Source: an uncultured Fibrobacterota bacterium
GTDB taxonomy: Bacteria > Fibrobacterota > OXYB2-FULL-49-7 > JAEUSG01
NCBI GenBank assembly: GCA_964590225.1
Contig: CAZPWS010000013.1
Span: forward strand, 2,110 to 66,109
Length of the DNA stretch: 64,000 bases
Direction: 5' to 3'
Made by a program: the position numbers and the translations under genes
Notes under the pieces: generated by a model
Told to the model about the DNA's origin: nothing
Seen by the model: the letters and a program-made list of their open reading frames with translations, nothing else
The model's database searches: none
Shown: piece after piece, positions 53,301 through 60,310 of the stretch
Layout of the letters: every line of letters begins with the position of its first letter
Numbering within the stretch: the stretch's first letter is position 1

Positions 53301-53736
53301 AGATAACAGTGGTGATTGTTTTGATATTACAGAGAATAATAAAGTAGCGTTAAAAACTATAGATGGAAGATATGTTTCCGTTTTTGTATCTGACGATCCA
53401 AACTTCCTGTCGAAGAGGGTAAATATATTTGAGCTTGCCCAAAACACCCCAAACCCGTTCAACCCCGCTACTTCAATCAACTTTTCACTGCCAAGAACAT
53501 ACAGCCCAAATGGAAAACCTGTTGATGGCTCTGTTCTTTTATCCTTAAAGATTTACAATACGCATGGCAAACTTGTAAGAATCCTTGCAATAGGAAAGTA
53601 CGATCAAGGTAGAAGGTATAGCACAATGTGGGATGGAAAGAGCGACAACGGCAAGCCACTCTCATCCGGATTATATTTCTACAAGCTCGAAGCAGGCACT
53701 TGGAAGGCTACAAGAAAAATGGTTATGGTGAAATAG
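44308..53736 (+). CDS. 3142-aa secreted adhesin-like protein: three tandem modules (beta-sandwich plus parallel beta-helix), cadherin-like/He_PIG domains, six Fn3-like domains, and a FlgD-Ig/T9SS-type C-terminal sorting domain
   Basis: Signal peptide MNKSTLFALIVALIAANSFS. The YWG..(x)..MNSGGNPKNI...GW motif occurs at aa 470, 971 and 1477. PPVF..TA.D.. cadherin-like units. The C-terminus is NTPNPFNPATSINFSLP...WDGKSDNGKPLSSGLYFYKLE. Confidence 0.9.
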   Translation: MNKSTLFALIVALIAANSFSYSDGHLRIADISYYNNVEYSLTNDSIFVEVTDPDLDTSASVRETLFVHISSSVEPAGDSIKLIETWSGNGWVLRGAIYVDSSATPVSGDRKIQAVVGDMITVRYHESANLYGEPVVHQKKLFVAKTIKSGGSAGNETWPLSGSPYFVSENFTVNSSDTVTIAAGSILVFPVNRDPWSEGVKLTVYGHLVANGTLTDSIYFESLGDTPTRRDWRGIEVYNGSINLRYCVLRNSTYGVNWYYSSNFVFKSSRVSHSSFVRHENALRHEAYNSPYKSLIIDSNYIELFALQDSSSVTGIYSTQGTTYSDTFKIFDNKIKINQETSSATFFYGMQLTGRDSSATDYSRAVIERNLIWSDSGYPDRQANGIYLSYFKATDIKSNRISGFSKGVYFGCHNFGTIFEDNILTRNHIDAYIDCEPGIALRNNAFASNSAGGYGVYNSHYSDVDARNVYWGETARAQMNSGSNPKNITRIYDKFDYSGVGQVLYSGWLSDTNGTPTPSGIDGEIKILDMSYMTRGYCLVGQSIRVRIIDSDLNLDPGVMETIKISFSTGVETTDTLFLQETSINSDTFEVVALVENNPTPSLKDGKIQVLYGQMIEFTYRDALTGYGSAVDKKIVITVPKTVVSSVSGNTIWNSTNSPYWLDGSITVWAGDTLEIQQGTRVWMKANKSQEYEQYGDTINVFGHLKVIGASGDSVHIGPVSTAPAIREWFGIRAYGTGSVSLKYAKLTNAYRGVELWYEYSGSVCFNRISHSLISSAKTAVYGYNSESQGITIIIDSSKFVSAPADTVSDYLVNMAWYGYNNSGDSLLISDNEFSIHSSPSYTSNNKAVYLYGRRALPGFKKGYFQRNIIKSDSLPGIGHESSHLGIELSDMHSLMVQNNRFSRFITAMRITGDSGSIYSGNIFNENQHHIYIGWGEKAGRFQGNAFSHPLSGGYAFYNNSSPFVDARNNYWGGPATSEMNSGGNPKNISVIHDMFDEASRGQVQYAGWLSDTNGTPSATGTAGMLKLAISDTVSRDWYLPGDTMIILLTDPDLNTNGSVTETVKISISSNQEASDTITLTEHGTDSSLFTATVVIDESGTPVYGDGKLQALPGSDIVVRYQDMQNNFGQPQLVMRKALLAKTYLPSGPLSYGTVLDHTQSPYIMGGSISVMVGDTLKINQGTRIITRKREKINPWDSDNGDTISVYGHLQVDGVAGDSVYFDTQREEKYPGSWYGIRVENGGTFNIRHASFWNTECALDIYTSNYDTNYVNFRLTNSKVNNAKRAMIFNSSTSEKMTLRVNNNSFDIVLPDTFATDAFYFHYNWSNGDSLIFSDNRINLHNRRYSRNGAAIRIQNRNSGPECIQALIIRNIISADTATVFSNDFSGIYIAQARMIKVDTNEIYRFSRGIYISDDSGIVIQANKFEGNNTHIERNYTYNQSNSYANNNDFGPFMAGGYAIRMAAESNGFDFDARYNYWGPSITAEMNGGGNPKNISGILDFYDNSTYGKVTYSGWRSTPALNVPPVFTSAPSLAILQGRVWTYEMTATDANGDAIVFELTSVPADIEQTGNTLSFRPMVAGNYEFVLSAVAGGQTTQQIFTLVVNADTDRPSNPLTLTANAVSDSAIALSWNHDALIGTDIDSIGIWATSSTYPDSAPYEGGVLYSHRFSKSESNAMVSYLWPKLGLYFSLFVMDSAGNWSVAPSQTYAQTLDLQPPEPVVGFWIEHLSADSVRLHWSSSVSTDVDSLAICVRTDSIYPVNQFDGAIGAVPGTITSFRWSGLPENTTARFSIYARDTSGNWSTAATYEVYMPRVTKPVNNLVLSATPIRKNLVRLKWNPALIAGDGVMHVEVMWGMAKPKVWRDTSIALQYMIMPSLLDSVTDIGIEENEDYWFALFVVDSFGLGSDTTTAAMKKVNSNDFIPPANPLVLSAEVLSEHSARLSWDLSALNGTPISQISLYYGHSKMTHREDTNGVHIMTYFAPFDSEYTAAFLEGKKDYWFTLFVRDSFTNSSDTATLAMKKITTPDQTSPNSIAALHVDYVGLGTLAFSWNPSNSPDAEQVVVRYRTDGFYPDSISDGLLLKNYSPLDTADTLSVFTEGVDYQFTFFVIDSSGNVSPPMPWNQAQIQVKTPAQNVNNVLVSAIDTSTIGVRLDYAGAFADSFLVRVDTARHLSSATNLSAAITYAYMNYFNPNDTLKIFSGLKSGSLYYVTVSAFNQGFISDTINDFKGATVLTPSVGPAAPIFVTSFTDTLQTLVDSLFFLNLIAVDANNDALGFYFLQTPPSGMTLNPTTGALSWTPTIADTNIYTVSIYVSDGSLRDTLSFVLKALNINQPPVFITTAGEMPQWIPEKVLWTKQIRVYDPDSARGDKARLFLDIAPTGMVIDSTTNVLSWTPSASQISALPNYEVYIRAVDNKGLTAVLNFSIGVQNVNDKPVLNTYSSKDTAYQDILFRKIYAAVDPDMNEVLVYRLVSGPTGMTIDSTNGRISFTPVEGQFGNTTFSISVTDAGGLFDTLSVTLTMINRNDPPVISTTLNTETIQEKAAKTWTLAATDPDVSDILRWKKLVGPTTLTVDSLNGSVLWVPQNNDVGTHTITIAVYDKEGLSDTLTFLVVVENTNDIPTITITEGPLVNFGAVKIKFSANDVDRRNGIDSTLTISAVITVSDSSVPLLSKTISLRKNDSLFEFYPVNDGVYDIKLTVKDQAADSSTAIKKFSIGGAGQSVTSNLFVGGNWIMASVPTDSSAMPSTLTDTNRSVAVWSPSKKQYVYANSGFSALKRGSGFWIYSMDSVRINTPKSLVNPSLSGSCTLRVDTGWNMISSPYAYPVKLPLSDPLRHWSLTTENYDTTSIMEPWKGYFVYSLNAQPIVLTGNPFNPDSTEKRSLGKTRQLNKDAGEWLVNIIVVSGGKHDLMNSFGSMIGASDFHDTLDMTKPPPAPNGGPIIAFVQKGSSQMLDRSVTAPFSGTKEWLLYAEPAAGENQLELTFTATDLPEKFRMYIDNSGDCFDITENNKVALKTIDGRYVSVFVSDDPNFLSKRVNIFELAQNTPNPFNPATSINFSLPRTYSPNGKPVDGSVLLSLKIYNTHGKLVRILAIGKYDQGRRYSTMWDGKSDNGKPLSSGLYFYKLEAGTWKATRKMVMVK
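44371..48882 (+). repeat. three tandem, diverged, in-frame coding repeats of about 1.5 kb within the giant gene
   Basis: The period is 501 and 506 codons between the YWG motifs. A 29-nt segment at 45826-45854 recurs at 47328-47356 with 2 mismatches (encoding GWLSDTNGTP). Confidence 0.8.
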
Positions 53737-53738
53737 CA

Positions 53739-55931
53739 TTATCTTATCAGGTTCAGCTTTTTCACCATTGACTTACCATCCGCTGTATAAGCCCTACACA
53801 GGTATATTCCACTTGTAACAGGTGTCCCTTTACTGTTTTTTCCATTCCACACAAACTCATAACCAGTACGATTATGTAAACCGTTATCAAGCCTTGCCAC
53901 CAAACAGCCTTTTACATCTACAATGTCAACAGTAAGATCTTTATGCCATTGGTTAATGATTATGCTAACGCTACCAGAAAACGGCATCGGTGACGCCAGT
54001 ATAGAAAGCGCGGAGAGCCTTGGTAAAGATGATTCTATCTTCCCTGTAACATCAACGCCATAACCACAAGGTAAAATGGTGACAATATAAGGATCGCTTC
54101 CAGAGCCACATCCGTTAAGTACAATGGTTCCAGCTTCATATTTTTTCCTGTAAACATCCCAGTCACCAAAATACTCTCCCGTAGGTATCCACAAGTTATC
54201 CTCAAGCCAATCGCTCTTCTTTCTATGACGATACTGAATAACCGAAACATTAACCGCCCTATTAACCGAGAATGTTATATGATTCTGATCAGAACCAATG
54301 GTGTCTCTGTAAGATGTGGATATGTATGGCATATTCATAAAGTCCAGCGGACAAGAATACATAACGCTGTTTGTGTTGTCATAATTAAAAGCTTTTAATG
54401 TATCAATGCCAGCAATCCTTAGTTGCCTGCCACTCGAAGATACAAGGTCCCGTACAATAATTAATGGTACGGTATCAGCTACAATCAGATTTGAAGAAGC
54501 TGCCTTATCGCGCACATTGGAAATTACAACAAACGAATCTGTAGCAGAAGCAAAACTATTGGTCTTAAGTATGACTGTTTTTGCATTTCTAAGATGTATT
54601 GCCGACACGGTAATAGATGCCGGAAGAGCGTAGTTAGACGGCTGTACAGCAAATACCGAGTCAACTGGCTCAGAAAAGACAACCTGTATTGAATCGCCGT
54701 ATGAAATGGCCACAATTCCCTTTGGTGGTAGAATATCAGCCTGTGTTGTAATAGAGCGCACTTCGGGAGAAGATTCCCCTACGCCATCTGTTTTACTAAT
54801 TACCTCATACACATAACTTGTAAGCTCGGCCAATAAACTATCAGCAAAAAAAGTGTTTTTTGTGTATGCTATAACTATCCCATCTCTTTTTATCTTATAC
54901 AAAGAAGGAATTGGAGCAGAGGTTGGAGCATTCCAAGAAAGTGTTACCTTAGTCCCGTTGGCTACAGCGGTTAAATTAGACGGGGTAGCCGGGTTAAGCG
55001 TATCCATGAGCCAACCACGCGTATCGTAACCCCAGATACAAAAACCGCCCGAAAGCAGTTTAGTAGTTCTGCCAGTAAGCACATCGAGATGCCAGGAGGT
55101 TGTATCTCTATTATTGTGAAATGTCATGTCATACTCAGAATTATACGACCATTTATTGAACCAGTAAGAATGGCCATATATGGTTCTTACTGTAGGAGCA
55201 AAAAGGCTATCATCTTGGACGAAAAGTCTCTTTATTCTGTCGTTTGAGTGTCCTGTTGCTACGGCGAGATTTCCAGACGGCGACATAGCAGCCTGACAAA
55301 AAGGCGTTTCTGGAAATTTATTTTCTTTAGCACTTGGGTCAAGTTTAAAAACTGATGAGTTATAAAATCCATGATCGAGAGAATAACAGCCACTCCTTCC
55401 ATCCGCAGACACATTTCCATAAGCACCAATTCCAAGTATATCCTTCGTATTTTGTGTATTAAAGTCAATTTTAAATGTATATACTGTATCGATCCTATCA
55501 TTATAGACATTTAAACTTAAGAGGCTTGTGCCCCAGCTCCATCTTGTGTATATACAGCTGTCTGCCCAACTTAAGGGAACCCTTGGAGTGGTATCGGGCC
55601 CTACTGCTATTATTTGTTTTGTATGAATATCAATTATTCTAATTTTATTCCGTTTTTTCGCATAATAGGCCACTCTTTTACCGTCTGGGGAAAAACATGG
55701 GGAGAATGGTTGTACAGAATCGTTTGAGGCAACAAGAAGTTCTATTGCTCCTGTTGCAAGATTATAAAGCGCAAGATCACCGGGAACATTTCCTTTCCAT
55801 GAGCTTCTATCCGAAGAAAGGTTTTTATTATTTGGCATTGTAATAAGAAGCGTTCCTCTATCTGGAGCAGAGAGCGATTGAGCTGAGTAGCTCAGGCTAA
55901 AAAAGAACATACAAATAATTAACATTGACAT
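53739..55931 (-). CDS. secreted protein: TolB/PD40-like beta-propeller, Fn3, Ig-like domain, unknown domain, and a FlgD-Ig/T9SS-type C-terminal domain
   Basis: FSPCFSPDGKRVAY (PD40-like), PSNLTAVANGTKVTLSWNAP (Fn3), and C-terminal FVWNGKNSKGTPVTSGIYLCRA. Confidence 0.7.
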   Translation of the reverse strand: MSMLIICMFFFSLSYSAQSLSAPDRGTLLITMPNNKNLSSDRSSWKGNVPGDLALYNLATGAIELLVASNDSVQPFSPCFSPDGKRVAYYAKKRNKIRIIDIHTKQIIAVGPDTTPRVPLSWADSCIYTRWSWGTSLLSLNVYNDRIDTVYTFKIDFNTQNTKDILGIGAYGNVSADGRSGCYSLDHGFYNSSVFKLDPSAKENKFPETPFCQAAMSPSGNLAVATGHSNDRIKRLFVQDDSLFAPTVRTIYGHSYWFNKWSYNSEYDMTFHNNRDTTSWHLDVLTGRTTKLLSGGFCIWGYDTRGWLMDTLNPATPSNLTAVANGTKVTLSWNAPTSAPIPSLYKIKRDGIVIAYTKNTFFADSLLAELTSYVYEVISKTDGVGESSPEVRSITTQADILPPKGIVAISYGDSIQVVFSEPVDSVFAVQPSNYALPASITVSAIHLRNAKTVILKTNSFASATDSFVVISNVRDKAASSNLIVADTVPLIIVRDLVSSSGRQLRIAGIDTLKAFNYDNTNSVMYSCPLDFMNMPYISTSYRDTIGSDQNHITFSVNRAVNVSVIQYRHRKKSDWLEDNLWIPTGEYFGDWDVYRKKYEAGTIVLNGCGSGSDPYIVTILPCGYGVDVTGKIESSLPRLSALSILASPMPFSGSVSIIINQWHKDLTVDIVDVKGCLVARLDNGLHNRTGYEFVWNGKNSKGTPVTSGIYLCRAYTADGKSMVKKLNLIR

Positions 55932-55953
55932 ATTGTTTCCCCTATTGTTGATT

Positions 55954-57540
55954 TTACTTTATTAGCGTTATCATCCGTTCAATATTTTTTCCGCCAACTA
56001 CAACTCTGACAATATAGTTTCCAGATACAACCTGCAAACCATCAGAATTACTTCCATCCCAATTAACCTTAAAATAACCTGTATTTCTGTCCCGACTTAC
56101 CTGCTTTGTTAAATTTCTGATAAGACGACCATCAACAGTAAAAACAGACACACCAATACCATCATACTCCTTCAAGTCATTATTGATTCCGTTATATAGA
56201 ATGCTTATGGTTGGATTAAATGGGTTGGGGAATAGCGTTAAAAAATCCGTTGATTTCCTGTGCATCTCAACAACTGTTTGATTGTCCGCAGAAATTAACT
56301 TTGCTTCCAGAGTATAAGCGCCATCGCCACCATCCTGTTCCCACACCATCAAAAATTTCTCCTTACCGTATGCTATACATTGGCCAGCCACCGGAACCGT
56401 TCCAGAGTGGATAACAAACCATGGTGCAGCATCTCCGTCAAGCCTAAAGCCATCAGTGTTGAGTCGTTGTGCATATAATTTTGTATTATCATTTACGCTA
56501 CGACCAACATTCAGAAAAACATCACTTCCATATGCTGAAGCTATTGGCATAAAAAATTCATCTGTTTTAAAAAGCAATATTATCTTTTCATTATTATATC
56601 CAGAAGCCGTATGATTATCACTATTAGGATTTGGAAGTGCCACTGCACTATTTGTTTCGTAAAGGGCACCATGAGCTATTCTAACACCCGCATGGCCAAC
56701 CCCATCCATAACAGCAGCAAAAACCTTACCCTTTTTGTCACTCGTTAAATTAGGTGTATTATATTTTGAAAATCTTGCAGCGGGAGAGTCAGCTTTCTCA
56801 AGTACAAGAATGTTGGTGGCATCCTTTGATAGCCGGACAAATTTACCGTAAATAGTAGGATCGGTCTTCTGTTCACGATAATAAAGGAACCAGATATTAT
56901 CTTCTGCATAAGTTATCGATAAACTGCCTCCCGGCAATTCTGTACTTCCATTCGTCAACTTTTGAATGGGTGTGCATATACCTGCGAGAGAAACGAATAG
57001 GCCATTTACCGAATAGAAGGCCGTTGTATCAGTACCTTGCCAACACACTAAAAAGCCGTTTTCGTCCGGCGCAACTACAGGAAACACATCCGAACCCATT
57101 CTGTCGGCAATGGGAAAGCCGTTTGGATCTTCAAGTGCACCTGCTGCCGTTATTCTTGCAGCATAGATTGACCAGTCGCGATTATTGCGGGAATCGCTCC
57201 ATACAACAAGAAATTTTCCACCCGATGCTGCTACTTTGGGGCGTTCCTGATTGCCCGGATACTCGCACACCTTAATTGGAGTGCTGTCCAACACCACACC
57301 ATTTTCTGTTATCCTGACTGCATATATGTCGGCACTATCGGATTCAAAATAGTCCTTGCCCTGTTGCCACACAACAAGAAAGCATCCGCTCAACGAGTCA
57401 AAAGCAATATCCGGGGATAATTGCGCTCTTTGGTCGTTAGGGCGAAGTGATACAGAAAAAGCGGCTTCTGAAATTATTCCCGCTTCTGCTATCCTCATAA
57501 AGAGAACACACAGCAAGCTCGCAAGAAATATTTTTACCAT
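55954..57540 (-). CDS. secreted repeat (propeller-like) protein with a FlgD-Ig/T9SS-type C-terminal domain
   Basis: Signal peptide. Recurring blades (G.FLVVW...IYAxRI...G...D). The C-terminus has FPNPFNPTISILY...VNWDGSNSDGLQVVSGNYIVRV. Confidence 0.65.
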   Translation of the reverse strand: MVKIFLASLLCVLFMRIAEAGIISEAAFSVSLRPNDQRAQLSPDIAFDSLSGCFLVVWQQGKDYFESDSADIYAVRITENGVVLDSTPIKVCEYPGNQERPKVAASGGKFLVVWSDSRNNRDWSIYAARITAAGALEDPNGFPIADRMGSDVFPVVAPDENGFLVCWQGTDTTAFYSVNGLFVSLAGICTPIQKLTNGSTELPGGSLSITYAEDNIWFLYYREQKTDPTIYGKFVRLSKDATNILVLEKADSPAARFSKYNTPNLTSDKKGKVFAAVMDGVGHAGVRIAHGALYETNSAVALPNPNSDNHTASGYNNEKIILLFKTDEFFMPIASAYGSDVFLNVGRSVNDNTKLYAQRLNTDGFRLDGDAAPWFVIHSGTVPVAGQCIAYGKEKFLMVWEQDGGDGAYTLEAKLISADNQTVVEMHRKSTDFLTLFPNPFNPTISILYNGINNDLKEYDGIGVSVFTVDGRLIRNLTKQVSRDRNTGYFKVNWDGSNSDGLQVVSGNYIVRVVVGGKNIERMITLIK

Positions 57541-57572
57541 TTGCTACTTCCTCCCGAATAATTAAAAAAAAC

Positions 57573-58982
57573 TTATCTAACTAAACATATTTTCTTTGAC
57601 AGTGAGCGCTTTCCATCAAACGCCCTAATTAGATAAAAACCATTATTTTGTAATCTTTCAACAACAAGCTTTTCTGTTTTTGTATCTCGCGCAACAATCT
57701 TGCCATTGAGGGAAAAGACTTCTATTGTTGACTGAACCCCTTTTGTGGAAATTTCGATTCTATTGCTAAAGGGATTCGGAGAACATTCAATCGTGTAATC
57801 GATAGGCTTGGCTATTTCTGGCAGGTAAGTATTGGTGCTATTCCTATTGTCAATACTAAAGGAGTCAATCACGCTATAATTGGAACCAAGGGTATAGCCT
57901 TTTTGGGTATAAACCCCAACATATGGAGAATCAACCACGGCTATTGAATAAGAGTAATTGGTTGTATTATACGCAGCCACATAATCAGCAGGGGAACCAC
58001 TAAAGGGGTCAAGCTTTGGGCAACCGGGAGAATTATAGATTGCATATCCTTCAAGCTGAACATCGCTGACATCAAATGGATAAGTCCCATTAGCTGTGGG
58101 TGGATTTTTAATCCATTTCGTTCGTGAATAAAAATGCAAATGTCCATTAAGAATTAATTGACATCCAGCATTTTCAAGGTGATACGCTACTCTCATGCTA
58201 CTTCTTGTTCCTGCTAAAGCATAAGTAGGCTCATGGTCCATTCCTATCTTAAACAAGGCATTGGTATCCCGAAATTTCGAATAGGCAGGTTGACTACTAA
58301 TTACGCCGCCATTATCAACCGCCAAGAAAGCAATACTACCGTACTGAAAAGTATAAAATCGGCCCGAATCTGGTAAGACCGAGAAGGTACTAAGGTATTG
58401 ATCTGTTCCATCATGATTCCCCTTGACAGGAATAAGGATTGTATTGGCAAAGACTTCAGGACTCAAAGCAAATAAGGAATCATAACTGCACCGTGCTCTG
58501 TATGGATTCGTTGCGCATGTAGTACTGCCATCAGACCATATTAAATCGCCCACAATCACAAGTAGATCCGGCCGAAAGCGAACAAACATTTCCTTAAAAG
58601 TATCCGCTCCATCTTTATCGACTTGTTGTGTATCGCTGGTTAGCGCAATAACAACAGAAGTGCCCGAAGCTGGAGCCGTCCTAAACGAACCTGCTATACT
58701 TGTATCACCATTGCAGATCACTCTATACGCATACCTCGTATCAGGCTGTAATCCCTCAAGATGTGCCCCACGAGCATCACCTTCAGTTGAAAAATCAAGA
58801 GCTTCACTGCCAAGAACTCCATAGATCACGGTTGCATTGGCAGTGGATTTCCATCTGACATAAATGCCCGTTCCTGGTGATTCAGCATCAATTAAAAGAT
58901 ATGGCTGAACCAATATCTCAGAAAGCGAAAACACAGCCATAATAGCTATGCAAACAAACAAATTTTTTATCGCTATAAACAC
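57573..58982 (-). CDS. secreted metallophosphoesterase (purple-acid-phosphatase-like) with a T9SS-type C-terminal domain
   Basis: PAP-like N-terminal domain (LQPDTRYAYRV), then GDLIWSDG, VKGNHDG and LNGHLHFY motifs, and SPNPFSNRIEIST at the C-terminus. GTG start with a GAAGGGGGG SD. Confidence 0.8.
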   Translation of the reverse strand: MFIAIKNLFVCIAIMAVFSLSEILVQPYLLIDAESPGTGIYVRWKSTANATVIYGVLGSEALDFSTEGDARGAHLEGLQPDTRYAYRVICNGDTSIAGSFRTAPASGTSVVIALTSDTQQVDKDGADTFKEMFVRFRPDLLVIVGDLIWSDGSTTCATNPYRARCSYDSLFALSPEVFANTILIPVKGNHDGTDQYLSTFSVLPDSGRFYTFQYGSIAFLAVDNGGVISSQPAYSKFRDTNALFKIGMDHEPTYALAGTRSSMRVAYHLENAGCQLILNGHLHFYSRTKWIKNPPTANGTYPFDVSDVQLEGYAIYNSPGCPKLDPFSGSPADYVAAYNTTNYSYSIAVVDSPYVGVYTQKGYTLGSNYSVIDSFSIDNRNSTNTYLPEIAKPIDYTIECSPNPFSNRIEISTKGVQSTIEVFSLNGKIVARDTKTEKLVVERLQNNGFYLIRAFDGKRSLSKKICLVR

Positions 58983-59013
58983 ATTTGCCCCCTTCTTTCA
59001 CGCTGCCAAAAAA

Positions 59014-60177
59014 CTATCTGCGAACCCTTGTAAGCTTAAATACGCGTGTTGGAACAGGTCCCTTATTGGCTATGGTGATACTAACCCCTTTCCAATCATT
59101 TAGCCATCCATAAAGATTCCCTTCAATATCATTACCGCCAAGATGGCTAACCATAAGAAGTGGTTTTGTAAGATTAATACCCGATGAATCAAAAACGGTT
59201 GAAGCCATAGCATTGTGGTCAGTATTTGAAGCCACAATCCACCTTCCGTTACGCCCCAGTGTAGAAGATGTAGATATCCTGTCGGTTGGCATCCTTCTTA
59301 TCAAATAGTGGTCGCCTCCACACACATAAAAACACTCACCTCCAGGTTCTGCTGCAATGCTTGATGGCGTATCAAAACCTGTTTGCAGGGGTGGGCCATC
59401 GGGCATCTCCTTCATATCAGGCATACCTGCTGCATGTATCAGACTATCGTCCTTAACCATAACGGCTGAATTTGGCGTCCGAGAAATAAAATAGACCTTG
59501 CCAACAGTATCGCTTGCTCCCATTTGAAGAGCGAGACTAGTTCTACTACCCCTTGCCGATTCCGGCCACGAACCGAGGTGGGTAACCGTTGATCCATCCG
59601 ACGACACCTTATAGCAAACGCTGTTTGTTGCCACCAGCACCTCACCATAGCTATTTGCTGCAATAACAAATGTATTGCCTAAAAGGACCGTTTTGGCTGA
59701 AGCCGTTCCCCCCTCAGAAAGCCTTACGGTACCACCACCGGCCCATGTTTCGACCAACCATTCATCTCCGCTCTTAAAAATTCTACGCACCCTACCATTT
59801 CCATCATCGCCAACAAAGATATTACCGTTTTTATCACAGGTGATGCTCCTTGGGTTGTATGATCTATTCATTAAATTAAAAAGAGCAGACTTTGCCTTGC
59901 CGTCGCGAAAACCGGCATTACCTGTTCCGGCAAGAACATGTCGCTGTCCTGATGGCGTAACCACATCGATTCTTTGACCATCAATGATGTAGAGGTATCC
60001 GTTCCTGTCACCAGTAAGGCCGATGGCGCCTCCAGTAGAATGGGTCACTTTTCCTGTAGTTGGGCCGCCACCAAATGCACCCGTAAATGGTTCTGGGAAC
60101 CACTGTTCCGACCTCCAATCCGCATAACAAAAAAGAGCCGTCAACATCATGAATATCGAAATTATTGGTATTTTCAT
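59014..60177 (-). CDS. secreted NHL-repeat/beta-propeller protein
   Basis: Signal peptide. Repeats such as GTGNAGFRDGKAKSALFN and GNIFVGDDGNGRVRRI. No recognisable sorting domain. Confidence 0.65.
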   Translation of the reverse strand: MKIPIISIFMMLTALFCYADWRSEQWFPEPFTGAFGGGPTTGKVTHSTGGAIGLTGDRNGYLYIIDGQRIDVVTPSGQRHVLAGTGNAGFRDGKAKSALFNLMNRSYNPRSITCDKNGNIFVGDDGNGRVRRIFKSGDEWLVETWAGGGTVRLSEGGTASAKTVLLGNTFVIAANSYGEVLVATNSVCYKVSSDGSTVTHLGSWPESARGSRTSLALQMGASDTVGKVYFISRTPNSAVMVKDDSLIHAAGMPDMKEMPDGPPLQTGFDTPSSIAAEPGGECFYVCGGDHYLIRRMPTDRISTSSTLGRNGRWIVASNTDHNAMASTVFDSSGINLTKPLLMVSHLGGNDIEGNLYGWLNDWKGVSITIANKGPVPTRVFKLTRVRR

Positions 60178-60310
60178 TCCACCTTCCCCTATTTTTAGTA
60201 CACAGTAGAAATATTTATATGCGCGCTACAACTCTATAAATTTTAGCCTATTTTTTAGGATTATCTCTGCTAATAGTTGTATTTTAACAACAACTTGGTT
60301 ATATCGAATT

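Noticed and set aside
60188-60258. Direct repeat CCTATTTTTAG / CCTATTTTTTAG about 59 bp apart in the NHL/AraC divergent region (possible AraC half-sites)
   Set aside because: The repeat is short and dominated by a T-run in an AT-rich promoter region, so a chance match is likely. It cannot be supported without motif statistics or footprinting.
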